Assembly: GCA_963663965.2 (NCBI GenBank)
Contig: CAXXFK010000039.1
Location: forward strand, 1-36,493
Direction: 5' to 3'
DNA: 36,493 nucleotides
Source: Sedimentisphaerales bacterium
GTDB lineage: Bacteria > Planctomycetota > Phycisphaerae > Sedimentisphaerales > SM23-30
Below the pieces are notes generated by a model. That model did not search any database and was not told the DNA's origin. It saw only the letters and a list, made by a program, of their open reading frames with translations. Within the stretch, counting starts at the first letter, position 1. Each line of letters begins with the position of its first letter. The translations under genes were made by a program, and so were the position numbers. Positions 34,623 through 36,493 of this stretch are shown here, piece by piece.

Positions 34623-36493
34623 ATGAGTAGAGTGCATCCTGGTAGTCTGTGTGGATTTTGGATAATTGTCGCAGGTTGCATGGTCAATTGGGGCTGGGCG
34701 GCCGAGAAGGTGGTGATTACTAAGGATATGGTGATTAATGAAAGCCCGGTGGGCGACCCAACCTTATTGTTCGATGAACAGCAGATGGTTGATGATCCCG
34801 AAGCGAAGCCTTCGACGAACTGGTTTGCCGGCTGGAAACAGGAGACCTATCCGCTCATTTGCACGCTGGATCTGAAGACGAAGCGTGAACTGCAGATGAT
34901 TACCCTGTATGATATCAACAGTGACGGCCGTTTGAGGTGGCTTATCAACAGGATGGCAAGTGGCAGACCATTATTGAGGAAGACTGCAAAAGCTATCAGC
35001 AATGGAAGCGATATCCGGTGGCTATTACCTGCCGGTATCTGCGATTTACGAGAATTTCGCCGGGGGCCAATATTGCCGAAGTCGTGCTCTATGAACGCAG
35101 TGAAGCGGAAAAGCAGGCGATACAACAGGCGGCCAGGCGGGAGCGGGTGGAGGCCGGGAGGTTGTTTGGCAAGTTGCCGCTGGTGGATGAAATACTCTGC
35201 GGGCAGGAGAGTAAGCATCTTTTTAAAGAGAGTGAGCCGGGTGTGAGCCGGGTTGAGACGATACTGGGGCGGCCCTGCCGGGTATTGCCCAACGAGGGTG
35301 AAACGCCGCCTTATTTTGCCTACCGGATGGCGCAGGGCAAGTATCTGGCGCCGGGACAGTGTTATCTGTTGACAGTTGAGTATCCGGATGATCAGCCGCG
35401 CACGATTTATATGATTAACCAGGGTTGCGAAACGCCACGCGGTTTCCACAGCGGTAATACGGTGGGGGACGCACTGCATCCCAAGTATGTGGGGAGCAAT
35501 CCCGAATCGCTGCAATTGCCGGTTTCGGGCGAGTATCAGACCTGGAGCATGTTGTTTTTCATGCAAGACCGTTTTCCGGATTTGAATCAGCCGCGCGGCG
35601 CAGGGCCGCGGCCCCTGACGCCGTACGATGGCTTCTGGGTGGTAGTGGCGCAGCCGGACGCAGCCAACGCGCCGATGTCGGCCGGGGCGGCGGTGGCGCG
35701 CATCCGGCTATTTGATGTGCCTGAGCCGGAACACTATCAGGCCCGTTATCAGCTGCCGCCGGCGCCGCTGCCCAGGCGTCATTTATTCTGGCGTGAGGAG
35801 ATGTCGGACGGGGTGATCCAGAGCTCCAACGAGGCCGAGCGGGGCATTCAAACGGATGTGGCGTTTTATGAATATAAGGCGAAGCTGATGGGGTTCCTGG
35901 GGATGAATACCTTCTGCAAGGATCTATTGGAGTTTGGCCATAACCAGGGCTGGGACGCCGGGCCCAACTGGTATAATCAGGCCCACAACCCCCAACGCTG
36001 GCAGCAGATCCTGGCGATGGTGTCGAAGTATGGCTATGATGTGCTGCCGTATTATGAGTATGCCGGCAGTATCGGGCCGGGCGGTATCGGTAATCAGAAA
36101 CGCTGCAAAACCCTGGGGGGCCAGCCGGACTATACGCATATTTCGTGGTCAGAAAAGGCTAATGCCGATGTAACCGATCCGGATATTCTAAAAGACGCAA
36201 AGAAATTGCTGGACTATACCATTATCCGACATAAGGACAAGGTGAATTTCATCGGGGCGTGGTTCCGGCCGCGCTCCAGCGCGATACCGATCAGTTTTTC
36301 GGATCGTTGTCTGAAGCTGTTCGCGGATGTGTCGAACGAGGGCAAGCCGGTTACCCGCGTCCAATTGCAGCAGGACGATGCGTTATTACACGGTATTATC
36401 AATGGTGGTTTGGGCAGCGCCAGGCGTTTCTGGTGGCGTTGCAAGATCATCTGAAGCAGGCGCAAATCTCGGACGATCCATTTATACTGTATA
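34623..36493 (+). CDS. Large secreted protein: F5/8-type C (discoidin/CBM32-like) domain + putative glycoside-hydrolase-like barrel; two apparent 1-nt deletions; 3'-truncated by the window
   Basis: ORFs 34623.. and 34937.. join if one T is added at 34931-34933 (…DGRFEVAYQQDGKW…CRYLRFT…IAEVVLY completes a discoidin fold). A second shift near 36390 restores RYYQWWFGQRQAFLVALQDHL, open to the window end. Could be a pseudogene or sequencing error. Confidence 0.7.

Noticed and set aside
34925..34940. Programmed ribosomal frameshift or phase-variable tract
   Set aside because: Only a T3 run with no slippery heptamer or long homopolymer; a second independent deletion in the same gene favours error or decay.
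1..36493. CRISPR arrays, tRNA/rRNA genes, prophage, integrase or defence-system genes
   Set aside because: No regularly spaced direct repeats, cloverleaf or rRNA-like segments, or such protein motifs were seen. Intergenic gaps are short (under about 550 nt).

Overview
Bacterial genomic DNA, most likely Planctomycetota of class Phycisphaerae (Sedimentisphaerales-like). That placement is inferred from dockerin-like C-termini, a DUF1559-style prepilin, a Tat-exported sulfatase and a GH10-like protein. In order, the window holds: a truncated lipoprotein and a DUF4177 gene; an orphan cheV; a complete predicted 4-hydroxyproline catabolic operon (epimerase, three-subunit D-hydroxyproline dehydrogenase, ALDH, DapA-family deaminase) with a divergent PAS-AraC regulator and a sulfatase; a housekeeping run (glyQS, DUF167, folK, deoxynucleoside kinase, half-size PnuC-like membrane protein, GH10-like protein lacking the catalytic Glu residues, rsmG, ABC ATPase); a secreted alpha/beta hydrolase; ltaE and ruvB; an accessory secreted cluster (GH2-dockerin, LamG/PKD-dockerin, prepilin); an alpha-2-macroglobulin; and a doubly frameshifted discoidin + putative glycoside hydrolase gene cut by the window end. 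The strongest novelty candidates are: (1) a GspG-like pseudopilin domain inserted in the alpha-2-macroglobulin just before its bait region; (2) a 25-bp palindromic motif TAA-N4-TTR-N5-WAA-N4-TTA found five times in intergenic DNA; (3) the dockerin/CAZyme/prepilin module, including a [DE]PN-rich protein; (4) a 'SemiPnu'-like transporter directly after a deoxynucleoside kinase. No rRNA, tRNA or CRISPR array was seen. All family calls are by-eye motif recognition; no searches were run.
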